This document shows, in pieces, positions 9,434 to 18,400 of a stretch of 64,000 nt of DNA. The stretch's first letter is position 1; the number at the start of each line of letters is the position of its first letter. The position numbers and the translations under genes were made by a program. Under the pieces are notes generated by a model, which did not search any database, was not told the origin of the DNA, and worked only from the letters and a program-made list of their open reading frames with translations. Source of the stretch: Clostridia bacterium (GTDB lineage Bacteria; Bacillota; Clostridia; Christensenellales; UBA3700); the NCBI GenBank assembly GCA_029060025.1, contig JAIDUV010000026.1, positions 29,260-93,259 of the forward strand. Reading direction: 5' to 3'.

Positions 9434-10104
9434 AATACCACCGCCAACACGCCGCCGCATACGAGACCGACTATAAACAATAAGTCAGTCCAAGCGAATA
9501 TTTCTTTTTTATACACGCTGTATTTTACTTTGCCCAACGCAAAGCCTCTCGTCTCTACGCTTAAAGACAGCGTATCGGAAATCTTGACAAGTCGCATAAC
9601 GAGTGGGATCAAGAATGCCCTATACCATACTTTGGGATTGTATACGCTTCCCGCGCCTCGCGTCTTGACCGCTTCTCTTATTCTTTTAATTTCCGCTCTC
9701 AACACAGGTACGAAAGAGGTTGAGATAAGCATACCCAACGTAATTGTTCTCGGCGCGCGCATCTGTGAAAGATTTCTTGTCAGCGCTACAGACTCAACGC
9801 TCATTCCTATAGCCGCCGCTAAAAACAGCGACCCAAAACGGTTTGCCATAGACAACGCCGAAATCATAGAGCCTGTGACAGCATAAAAAATCCCCGCAAA
9901 CGCTCCGCCGATTATTATAAATGCAGGAAGTATTCTCAAACAGCCTTTATATAATCCAAAAATCAACAGCCACGCATAAGCGCATAGCAAAAAGTACCAG
10001 CATCTCTCCGACTTTGCCGTAACAAGTCCAAAGACGAGCAAAAAAAGGCTCGCCGCAATGGCTATCAACGGATAAATACCTTTTTTGACTTTAAAAAAAC
10101 TCAT
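9430..10104 (-). CDS. ecfT: ECF transporter transmembrane (T) component, CbiQ/EcfT family
   Basis: 224-aa polytopic protein with the Arg-rich coupling helices LRAEIKRIREAVKTRGAG. ATGA overlaps with both neighbours. Confidence 0.75.
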   Translation of the reverse strand: MSFFKVKKGIYPLIAIAASLFLLVFGLVTAKSERCWYFLLCAYAWLLIFGLYKGCLRILPAFIIIGGAFAGIFYAVTGSMISALSMANRFGSLFLAAAIGMSVESVALTRNLSQMRAPRTITLGMLISTSFVPVLRAEIKRIREAVKTRGAGSVYNPKVWYRAFLIPLVMRLVKISDTLSLSVETRGFALGKVKYSVYKKEIFAWTDLLFIVGLVCGGVLAVVL

Positions 10105-10841
10105 TTTTTCAACACTCCGGCTTTACGGAGTTCTCTGCCTATCAGCATACCCACGATAGAACCTACGAAACACAGCGCAACTATCGCGACAGTCATTCCA
10201 ATAATCACGCCGGGATTTGTTCCGCCCAAGAACATTGATACTGCTTTCTTTTCGTCTCCGCTCACGGAATAAAACACGTTGTAATACAAATATAAGAAAG
10301 GCACGGTCATAGGCATATATAACGTACCTGCAAGTACGCACGCCCAGTCGCTCTTATATCCTCTGAAAATCAATACAACCAATATTTCCACAATCAACGC
10401 GCAGACCATAAGCAACGCCATAGGCGGAAACATAAAAATCAAAAAGCAAGATATAAATATAGACATAAAAAGCAAAGAGCCAACTTTACGCACTTTCATC
10501 ATTCCTATTACCGGAAAAATAGAAAACTGCAATCCCAAGCCCAATTGAATAATTCCAAACAGCGGAACATTGACAAGAAGCGGCATAATTGCACCCGTGA
10601 CCAATGTGCAAGCAGTGATTATTGCCAAAAATACAATGTCCTTTATCTTATATTTTTGAAAGATCTTATTTTCGATTGTCTCCTCGCATTGCATATCTTT
10701 GCCTACGCTTGCAGTCGAAACAAGTTCTGCCGACGCCTCTTGCTCCGCATCGGGATTTTGAAGATTTTCAATTAACAAATCGGCAATACTGTCATCTATT
10801 TTGCCGTTGTTAAGTTGCGTTCTTTTCTTATCCTCTTCCAT
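10101..10841 (-). CDS. polytopic membrane protein, probable dedicated ECF substrate-capture (S) component
   Basis: 246 aa: an acidic N-terminal extension of about 60 aa, then about six hydrophobic segments and a basic tail RELRKAGVLKK. RBS GAGGTG. Its position directly upstream of ecfT/ecfA-A fits an S unit. I recall TIGR02185 (Trep_Strep) S units in this same context, but did not verify this. Confidence 0.45.
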   Translation of the reverse strand: MEEDKKRTQLNNGKIDDSIADLLIENLQNPDAEQEASAELVSTASVGKDMQCEETIENKIFQKYKIKDIVFLAIITACTLVTGAIMPLLVNVPLFGIIQLGLGLQFSIFPVIGMMKVRKVGSLLFMSIFISCFLIFMFPPMALLMVCALIVEILVVLIFRGYKSDWACVLAGTLYMPMTVPFLYLYYNVFYSVSGDEKKAVSMFLGGTNPGVIIGMTVAIVALCFVGSIVGMLIGRELRKAGVLKK

Positions 10842-10869
10842 TTTTCACCTCTATAATTTGCTTTAAACT

Positions 10870-12561
10870 TTAATTTTTTACACTTTGACTTATACGTCCG
10901 TCTTTTATCGTATAAACTCTGTCGGCAATAGCCATCGTAGACTGTCTGTGAGATACTAAGATAATGCAATTATCTCTTCTATGCTCGGCAAGCGAACGCA
11001 ATATAATTCCTTCATTTATACTGTCGACGTTGCTGGTCGGCTCGTCAAGAAGTATCAGTTTGCTTCCGCTCAAAAATGCTCTTGCCAGTCCTATTCTCTG
11101 CTTTTCTCCTGCGCTGAGATTATCTCCTAAGAGACCGACTTTGGACTGATACCCGCCAGGCAGACTCATTATCAAGTCGTGTACCGACGCTTTTTTGCAG
11201 GCGTCTTGCATTTCTTCCATAGTTGCGTCTTTCTTTGCCAATCTAAGATTTGCCTCTACCGTATCGTCGAAAAGATAAGTACTTTGACTTACCATCGTTA
11301 CGTTAGAGAGCAAACTGCGAGTGTTGATATTCTCTATATCTTCGCCATTGTACTCTATACTTCCGCCGTCCTTTTGCCAAAATCTCAAAAGCAATTTGAG
11401 AAGAGTGGACTTGCCGCAACCGCTTTCGCCAACGATACCTACAATCTCTCCTTTTCGCGCATACATATCAATATCTTTTAATACTGCGATATTCTTGTCG
11501 TAACCGAAATTCAAATCCTTTATTTCAAGAGAATTGAAATCCATATCTTTTGCGTTTTCTATAGGCAATACCGCAGGCTGCTCTTCTATAAGATTGAGCA
11601 CTCTGTCTCCCGACGCAAACGTCTGCGTCAAATTGCCTGGCAAAGCCGATATTGCTATTACTGGTCCAAAACTGCCAAAGATTGCAACGACGGCAATTAT
11701 CATTGAACCAATTGTAATCATTTCTTGAGTATAAAGTACTACTCCTACAAATAGCGATATTATAATAAACAATGATACCGCAAGTTCTGTAACCGCGCTT
11801 GCATTGACTATATTCTTTTTCATACCGTAAGTTAGGTCAAGTAATTCATCGGATTTTTTGTCGACTTGCTTTTTTCGTTCGTCGCCCGCGTTGTGATAGA
11901 TAATATCTTTAATACCTTTGATGCTGTCCATAAAATAAGCGTTGAAAAGCGAGAATGAACGTCTATATTCCACGCCGCCTTTCTTGAGCAACTTGGAAGA
12001 TATAAGCGGCAAAACAATTCCTATCGTCAAATAGCCTATAACGGCAATAAGCGCAAGATAAGGGCTTGCAATAATACCCACGAAAATCGCTACTGCAAGC
12101 GACACTATAATAGCAATGCAGATAGGCGATACGGTATGTGCGTAAAAGACTTCGAGCGTCTCAATATCGGAAGTAATCATTGCTATAATACTACCATTTT
12201 TCTTACTCTCCAACTTTGCGGGGCAAAGCCTTCTCAACGCCTTGAAGATTTTGTCACGCAAAGTTGCCAAAAGTTTGAAGGCAATAAAGTGATTGGAATA
12301 CTGCTCAAAGTATCTCAAAAAGCCTCTCAATACTCCGCACCCCACGGCCAAACCGATAATAAGTCCGTAGGACATAGCGATATTTTCGCCAAGCGCCTTT
12401 GCCACGCCTACCGCGCCAAAAACAGTCACGCCCATTGCGCTAATGAAGCCCAAAGAGCCGTTGAATACCGCCAAAATCATTATATAAGCAAGCGAGCCAA
12501 GCAAAGCAATAAGCCCTGCCATAATTTTTATACCGCTCCTTCTCAAAGGCTTATCTTTCAT
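10870..12561 (-). CDS. ABC exporter half-transporter (TMD-NBD), CydC-like
   Basis: 563 aa. Six-helix N-terminal domain, then GESGCGKST (Walker A), LSAGEKQRIGLARA (signature), LILLDEPTSNVD (Walker B). Confidence 0.85.
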   Translation of the reverse strand: MKDKPLRRSGIKIMAGLIALLGSLAYIMILAVFNGSLGFISAMGVTVFGAVGVAKALGENIAMSYGLIIGLAVGCGVLRGFLRYFEQYSNHFIAFKLLATLRDKIFKALRRLCPAKLESKKNGSIIAMITSDIETLEVFYAHTVSPICIAIIVSLAVAIFVGIIASPYLALIAVIGYLTIGIVLPLISSKLLKKGGVEYRRSFSLFNAYFMDSIKGIKDIIYHNAGDERKKQVDKKSDELLDLTYGMKKNIVNASAVTELAVSLFIIISLFVGVVLYTQEMITIGSMIIAVVAIFGSFGPVIAISALPGNLTQTFASGDRVLNLIEEQPAVLPIENAKDMDFNSLEIKDLNFGYDKNIAVLKDIDMYARKGEIVGIVGESGCGKSTLLKLLLRFWQKDGGSIEYNGEDIENINTRSLLSNVTMVSQSTYLFDDTVEANLRLAKKDATMEEMQDACKKASVHDLIMSLPGGYQSKVGLLGDNLSAGEKQRIGLARAFLSGSKLILLDEPTSNVDSINEGIILRSLAEHRRDNCIILVSHRQSTMAIADRVYTIKDGRISQSVKN

Positions 12562-14291
12562 ACTTTCACCTCCGATTTAACTTGTTTATATCCCTCTTCA
12601 AGCGTCTTTTGCGTCGTGTAAAGTCTGCAATATTCACCGTTTTGTTGACAGAGTTGACTGTGCGTTCCTTCTTCGACGACATTACCGCCGACTAACATAT
12701 AAATTCTATCCGCGTTGACAACGTTGGCTAGTCTATGCGATATTACGATTACAGTCGCTTCTTTTGCAAGACTCTCAATCTCACGCATTATTATTGCCTC
12801 ACTCTCTATATCTATATTGGAAGTAGCCTCGTCAAATACGTAGATACTCTTCTTTGCAACCAAGTTGACAGCCAATGCAAGTCGCTGTCTCTGTCCGCCC
12901 GAAATATTCTCGCTGTCTTCGCTGATAATCTTTTCAAGTCCGCCGTTCTGGATAACGAAATCATAAAGATTAACTTTCTTAAGAGCCTCAAAAACATCGT
13001 CTTGAGTCACGTCTTTATTTGCCATACGGAAATTGTCAAGAATACTTTCATTGAATATGTACGTATTGTAACTCACAACGCCGAGATGCGAATAGTAATC
13101 GTCTCTCGACAAAGCCGTCAAATTTTTGCCGCCTATCTTAATATTGCCTTGGCAAGGTCGCAACGCGCCTGCTATAAGATTGACTATAGTAGATTTACCG
13201 CTTCCGCTTTCGCCGACTATAGCCGTCATACCTTTATCGAAAGTCATATTCACGTTTTGAAGTACGTTTCTCTTGCCGTCATACGAAAAATCCAAGTCGT
13301 TAATTTCCAAGACGGAACCTTCCACCTTTTCGTCTCCCCATTCAGGCAGAGGCGCGCCGAGCAACCCATAGATTTTTTTCCCTGCGCTTGCGCCGTTCAT
13401 AGCAACGTGAAAGGCGCTACCGAGCGCACGGAGAGGCAAAAAGAATTCCACTGCCGTCAACACCAAAAACAACGCCATAATTGGATTAAGTCCTCTTTCT
13501 GCAACTCCCCATATCGCAACTGCTATTCCTGCGCCTGCGCCGCCGTAAGCCACGAGATCCATAATAGTCGTGCTTGCAAGTTGCATAACAAGCACTTTCA
13601 TAGTTATCTTGCGAAAGTCCTCCGATTTAGCGTTCATTTTGTCATTGTATATACCGTCCGCAGAAAAAATCTTAAGTTCTTTAAGTCCCTGAACACAATC
13701 CAAAAATCCGTCGCCCATTGAGATATACTTGCCCCAATATTTTGCAAATATCTTCTTTGCATACTTAGACACCGCCACTATAGATATGGGAATAAGAGGT
13801 ACGCACGCCAAAAGGACTAGCGCCGTCTGCCAATCTATAAATACGCAAATGACAAAAAGAATAATAGGCGCAATCATTGAGTAAAAGAACTGCGGAAGAT
13901 ATTGAGAATAGTATAAGTCGAGTTGCTCTACTCCCTCTATACTTACTTGAGTAAGCCCCGCAATATTCATACCTTCAACGCTTTTCAGCCCCATTTTAAG
14001 CGTCTTGTCATACACTTTTTGCCTAAGTTGTTTTTTTACTTTAGCCCCAAGAGATGCTCTAATTCTACCGCCTATTATGCTAAGACACATTCTTAAAAGC
14101 GCTCCGACAATTAAAAGAATTACAGGCGTAAGATACTCTTTCAACGCCTCGCCTTTGTAAGCAATTCCTATCACCCAGCAAATACAAGCGGTAATGCCCA
14201 TATTGACTATAATCCCCAATATGGACACTATAATTACCTTTGCAATATCCTTTTTGTCATCTAATAACTTGAATAAATCCTTATCCAACAT
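12558..14291 (-). CDS. ABC exporter half-transporter (TMD-NBD), CydD-like
   Basis: 577 aa. GESGSGKST, ISGGQRQRLALAVNL, IYVFDEATSNID. ATGA overlap with the next half-transporter suggests a heterodimer. Confidence 0.85.
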   Translation of the reverse strand: MLDKDLFKLLDDKKDIAKVIIVSILGIIVNMGITACICWVIGIAYKGEALKEYLTPVILLIVGALLRMCLSIIGGRIRASLGAKVKKQLRQKVYDKTLKMGLKSVEGMNIAGLTQVSIEGVEQLDLYYSQYLPQFFYSMIAPIILFVICVFIDWQTALVLLACVPLIPISIVAVSKYAKKIFAKYWGKYISMGDGFLDCVQGLKELKIFSADGIYNDKMNAKSEDFRKITMKVLVMQLASTTIMDLVAYGGAGAGIAVAIWGVAERGLNPIMALFLVLTAVEFFLPLRALGSAFHVAMNGASAGKKIYGLLGAPLPEWGDEKVEGSVLEINDLDFSYDGKRNVLQNVNMTFDKGMTAIVGESGSGKSTIVNLIAGALRPCQGNIKIGGKNLTALSRDDYYSHLGVVSYNTYIFNESILDNFRMANKDVTQDDVFEALKKVNLYDFVIQNGGLEKIISEDSENISGGQRQRLALAVNLVAKKSIYVFDEATSNIDIESEAIIMREIESLAKEATVIVISHRLANVVNADRIYMLVGGNVVEEGTHSQLCQQNGEYCRLYTTQKTLEEGYKQVKSEVKV

Positions 14292-14308
14292 ATAAATAAC
14301 TCCCGCCT

Positions 14309-14845
14309 TTAGTTGTTACCGCTTTCGACGTCGTCCTTATTGATTGCGGCATTGCCGATAAGCGCGCATTTTGACAAATCGACTTTTATCGAAAAAGCAA
14401 CGTCTCTATTCATCAAAGCCACCTTGCCTGTCATTGCTAGACTACCGTCTAAATCATCTCTGCTAATTTGGAATTTATAGCCGAACATTCCGCTCTCTTC
14501 AATACTTTGCCCCAATTCACCATTGATTTTGACGTCAGAAAAAGAAGTGTTCTTGCAATAAAAAGTCAAAGTATACTCGCCGTCAGTTACCGCCAGTTTT
14601 ATCTTATCGTAACAATACGAGCCAATCATACTCTTGCCCATAGCGCTTGTATCGCCGATTTCGTATGGTATTGCGTATACTCCGCTTTGATATTCGTCTA
14701 TATTGTAAACTTCTCCGTAATTTCTACCGAATTTATCCTGACCGCTCTCGCGGTCAAGTCCTGAATCATTGCACGCCGTAAGAACTGCAAAAACTATGCA
14801 CATTATACTCAATATGGCAACGCTTATTAAAATCTTTTTTTTCAT
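14309..14845 (-). CDS. lipoprotein, possible NEAT/Shp-like beta-sandwich
   Basis: Signal peptide plus lipobox (FAVLTAC). The mature part, GVYAIPYEIGDTSAMGKSMIGSYCYDKIKLAVTDGEYTLTFYCKN..VKINGE.., follows the NEAT pattern as I remember it. The fold call is tentative. Confidence 0.55.
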   Translation of the reverse strand: MKKKILISVAILSIMCIVFAVLTACNDSGLDRESGQDKFGRNYGEVYNIDEYQSGVYAIPYEIGDTSAMGKSMIGSYCYDKIKLAVTDGEYTLTFYCKNTSFSDVKINGELGQSIEESGMFGYKFQISRDDLDGSLAMTGKVALMNRDVAFSIKVDLSKCALIGNAAINKDDVESGNN

Positions 14846-14863
14846 ATCAATCTCCTTTATTAT

Positions 14864-15226
14864 CTACTTGTTGTTTTTCTCTTCTTTTTTTGCTTTACGC
14901 TTAAATTTAATAGTCTCCGAAATATGCTTGAAAGCAACAATTGGGTGATAAAACATTATTCTCGGTCCTGAAAATCTCATTACTTGAGAAATTTTCTCTC
15001 GCATAGACGGCTTATAACAGTGTATCTTACAATTAGAACAAAATGTCTTTTGATCTCCAAACGGACACCTCTCGCGGCGTGCTCGCGCATAATCGGCGAG
15101 TTCTGCGCAATCGTCGCAAAGACATTTCTTTTGCCTATGCTTTTTTCTGCAATACAGTTGAATCATAAGATTGACGACTTCTATATCTTTATCTTTCTGC
15201 ACTATTGCTCCCTCTGCTTTATGCAT
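14864..15226 (-). CDS. nitrous-oxide-stimulated promoter family protein (YgbA_NO), Cys-rich
   Basis: YCRKKH..CLCDDCAEL..RCPFGDQKTFCSNCKIHCYKPSMREKI..MRFSGPRM-type motifs characteristic of YgbA_NO. The real start may be GTG 15202, which has GAGGGAG 5 nt upstream. The ATG at 15226 has no RBS. Confidence 0.7.
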   Translation of the reverse strand: MHKAEGAIVQKDKDIEVVNLMIQLYCRKKHRQKKCLCDDCAELADYARARRERCPFGDQKTFCSNCKIHCYKPSMREKISQVMRFSGPRIMFYHPIVAFKHISETIKFKRKAKKEEKNNK

Positions 15227-15443
15227 ACTAAATTAGTCAAAACTAACTTTTGCGGTAAAATAATAAAACCCACATATTAGCCACGACTAACTTATCGGCT
15301 TTAAAAAAACCGCTTTCAGCGTTTTGCATTTATATTTTAGTATGTCAAAAACTATTTGTCAAGAAAAAGTTAGCATTAAATAACTTTTTCTTTCAATGAA
15401 TTATATGTGTCAAAGCCCAGATTTATTATACGTTGAGACAACA

Positions 15444-15474
15444 AAGAGGAGCATATTGATCATATACTCCTCTT
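15444..15474. terminator. hairpin downstream of the giant surface-protein gene
   Basis: aagaggagcatat (15444-15456) pairs with atatactcctctt (15462-15474), a 13-bp stem with one mismatch (c15452 opposite a15466). TTTT follows on the plus side. Confidence 0.55.
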
Positions 15475-15498
15475 TTTAAATTGTTTAATATCCGTCAA

Positions 15499-18400
15499 TT
15501 ATGCGACTTCTTCCGTCGCCTCTACTTCTGCGCTTAAGCCATAACTGTACTCTACAGGTCTGCCGTCAGGATTGAAGTTGTTGTTCCAACCACTCGGCTT
15601 TGAAGTATGCGCCGTCTTGATTATCAATTTAGTGCAGCCTTGGAAAGCGTTTTCTTCGATACTCGTCACTGTAGTCGGAATAATCAAATTCTTAATTGCA
15701 GTGTTACCTGCAAACGCTCCTGCCCCGATAGCCGTAACTGTATACGTCGTGTCATTATAAGATATAGTCTCCGGTATAGTATACGATTCGACGTTGAGAA
15801 TAGTATTGCTCGACGAAATTACCTTTGCCGTATTGTCGTTGAATAGAACATACTTGAATTTGGTTTCTCTACCGGTCTCTTTTGCCGTATCGGTATATAA
15901 AGCCGCAACGTTCCAAATTGTTTCGTGAGTCTGCGTGAACTTACCCAATATAGTACCGATACTGCCTAAAATATTTGACATATCTAGATCTCCAAGATCG
16001 CTGAATCCAATCTTGGTGTTCCAGCCTAAAGCATATCCTGTAGGAGCAGTTCCTACAAGTGTCTTTTTAGCGCCGCAATATATCGTCAGATTATCAATAC
16101 CTATAAATGCAAGCGAACCAATCTTGGATACGTTGGCAGGAATATAAATCTCCTTGAGCGACATACACGCCACAAATGCTTGGGTGCCAATCTCTTCAAG
16201 CGTCGAAGGCAAAGTCACTGAAGAAAGCATAATATCCATATAGAAGACTTTGCTATTGATCTTCTTAAGTCCTTCGTTGAGAGTCACGGTATTGAGCACA
16301 GCCATATTTGCAAGCAACTCATCTCCAAGTTCCGTCACGGTATAAGTAACATCTCCAAATACTACGCTGCCAGGCACGTCTACGCTCGTCACGGAAGTAC
16401 TGCCATTGTACTCTACTGCAATTGCTGTGCCGTCTGCCATAAAGATATAACTGAATACGCCCACTCTGTCCATATCTATTACGCCCCAATAAAGCGTTCT
16501 CGTGCCGTCCTGTCCGCTGCGGTTAGAGTTCCAGTATAATCCCCAGCCACTTGGCACTTCGCCTACTGCAGGTTTTTTCCTTTGGATATAGATATTTGCC
16601 GTTACTCCGCTAAACGCATAGTTGCCAACTTTGGAAATTGTATCTGGAATAAATATAGTTGCGACGTTTGAGCAGCCCTCAAATGCCGATACTGCAACTT
16701 GCGTAATGCTGTAAGTATTGGTTGTATACTCAATAGTATACACGTCACGTTGTATGCCAGTCTTCTCGTCAGTCTCTACTACGGAAGTAAAATATGCTTT
16801 GCTGTGGTCAAACTGATCTGAGATATAAGCCTTGGCTGTAGTATTGTTGATAAACTTATCGACAATAGCAATATTGCCGTTTGCGATAAGAATGTATTGG
16901 AAATCGCCGACCGTATAGATACCGTCAACACCGTAGGTAACTGGACGATTGCCAGAACCGTCACTCCAAGTGCCATTCCAATTCCAACGCAATGCCCAGC
17001 CAGACGGAGCGCCAGTCATACTCTTGTCAGATTGTACATATATACCTCCAGACTCTGTCAAATTAAGTCCGGAGAACGCAAACGTCTCTATCTTTGAAAT
17101 GGTATTTGGAATATATACGCTGCCTATTACCGCATTATCCTTGAACGCCTCTTCTTTTATCGTGGTGACTTTCTTGCCGTTTGCCGCGATAGGAATTACA
17201 AGATTAGGTTGAGTGCCTTCATAACCTACAATCTCATTATTATCATTGAAAATCAGTCCTTGCATTACGGTATTACCGAACAGCATCATCGTACCGTCAA
17301 CAAAATCATTTTGCATATCAAATACAGTATTGCAATTCGGGTCTCTATACCAAGAGTCAAAGTCATATCCATCTCTTGATATCGTAATATTTATCGAAGA
17401 GCCATAACCCATTTCCACAGTGGAAATAAGTTCGTAAGTAGCAAGGTTGAAGTAGGTCACCTTATAGTATCTCAAATCATTGCGATAGTTGGCAGTGACA
17501 ATAGTTTCGCCTTCGACGTAACTCATCAAACCGTCCCAGCCAATGAAAATGAAGTCATATTGAACGGTCGACTGTTTTGTTGGATCTATTTCTGGCTTTG
17601 GTGATGCTGAACCGTACTCAACAGTAAATTCCTCAAACACGTCTTCTCCGTTCATAAAGATTACTTTATAAGATCTTATATTTGCGTCATAGTTTGCGTA
17701 TACCTCGATATTTGCGTCGATAAACGTCAAATCTCTGCTCCAACTGCTAAATGTATAGTCAAACTTTGGAGTAGATTCCTTGGCAGGAACAGGCGCAAGC
17801 GAACTTTCTATTACGTTGGTGCCGTAATCAACGGTGATTTCGCCAATAAGCGATTTCTTATCCTCTTCGTTGAAGAATTTGACCGTATATCTTTGTATAT
17901 TTCTCAAATATATTGCTGTATAAGTGATGGCGTCTTCGACTGCGCTCTCATTGGGGTCCACGCCGACAAAGTCATCCGCGTTATCAACGATGTCGTTTTC
18001 TGCAACTTCCCAACCGAGGAAAGTATATTTCCACTGAACTGTATCGTTCTTGAAAATCATTTCAGTCGGCGTAACCGGACATTTGCCATACTCAACTTCT
18101 TGCGTCTTGACAGCGCTGCCGTTGTTGATAAACGTGACGATATATTTTCTTATAGTCTCTTTATAGATTGCATTGATTTCCATATCGGTGGAGACGTATC
18201 CAAAGTATTTATCCCAATCTATAAATGTAAAGTCGTATTGTTTTGTCGATTCTTTATCGGTATCTGTCGGAATTTCCGTTGAGCCTGTCAAGTTCGTACC
18301 GTAAGGAATACCCTCAAGCACCTTTTGCGAACCGTGACCGTAATTGAACGTAACAGTATAAGTTCTCACCACTTCTTCAAATTCTGCTTGCGCGGCAAAA

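Noticed and set aside
12735-13721. 328-aa plus-strand ORF opposite the ABC exporter gene, and similar long antisense ORFs (21277-22173, 22329-23561, 36456-37067, 53397-54131 and others)
   Set aside because: Each lies fully inside a minus-strand gene with unmistakable family motifs. The translations are Cys/His/Arg-rich junk typical of antisense frames in low-GC coding DNA.
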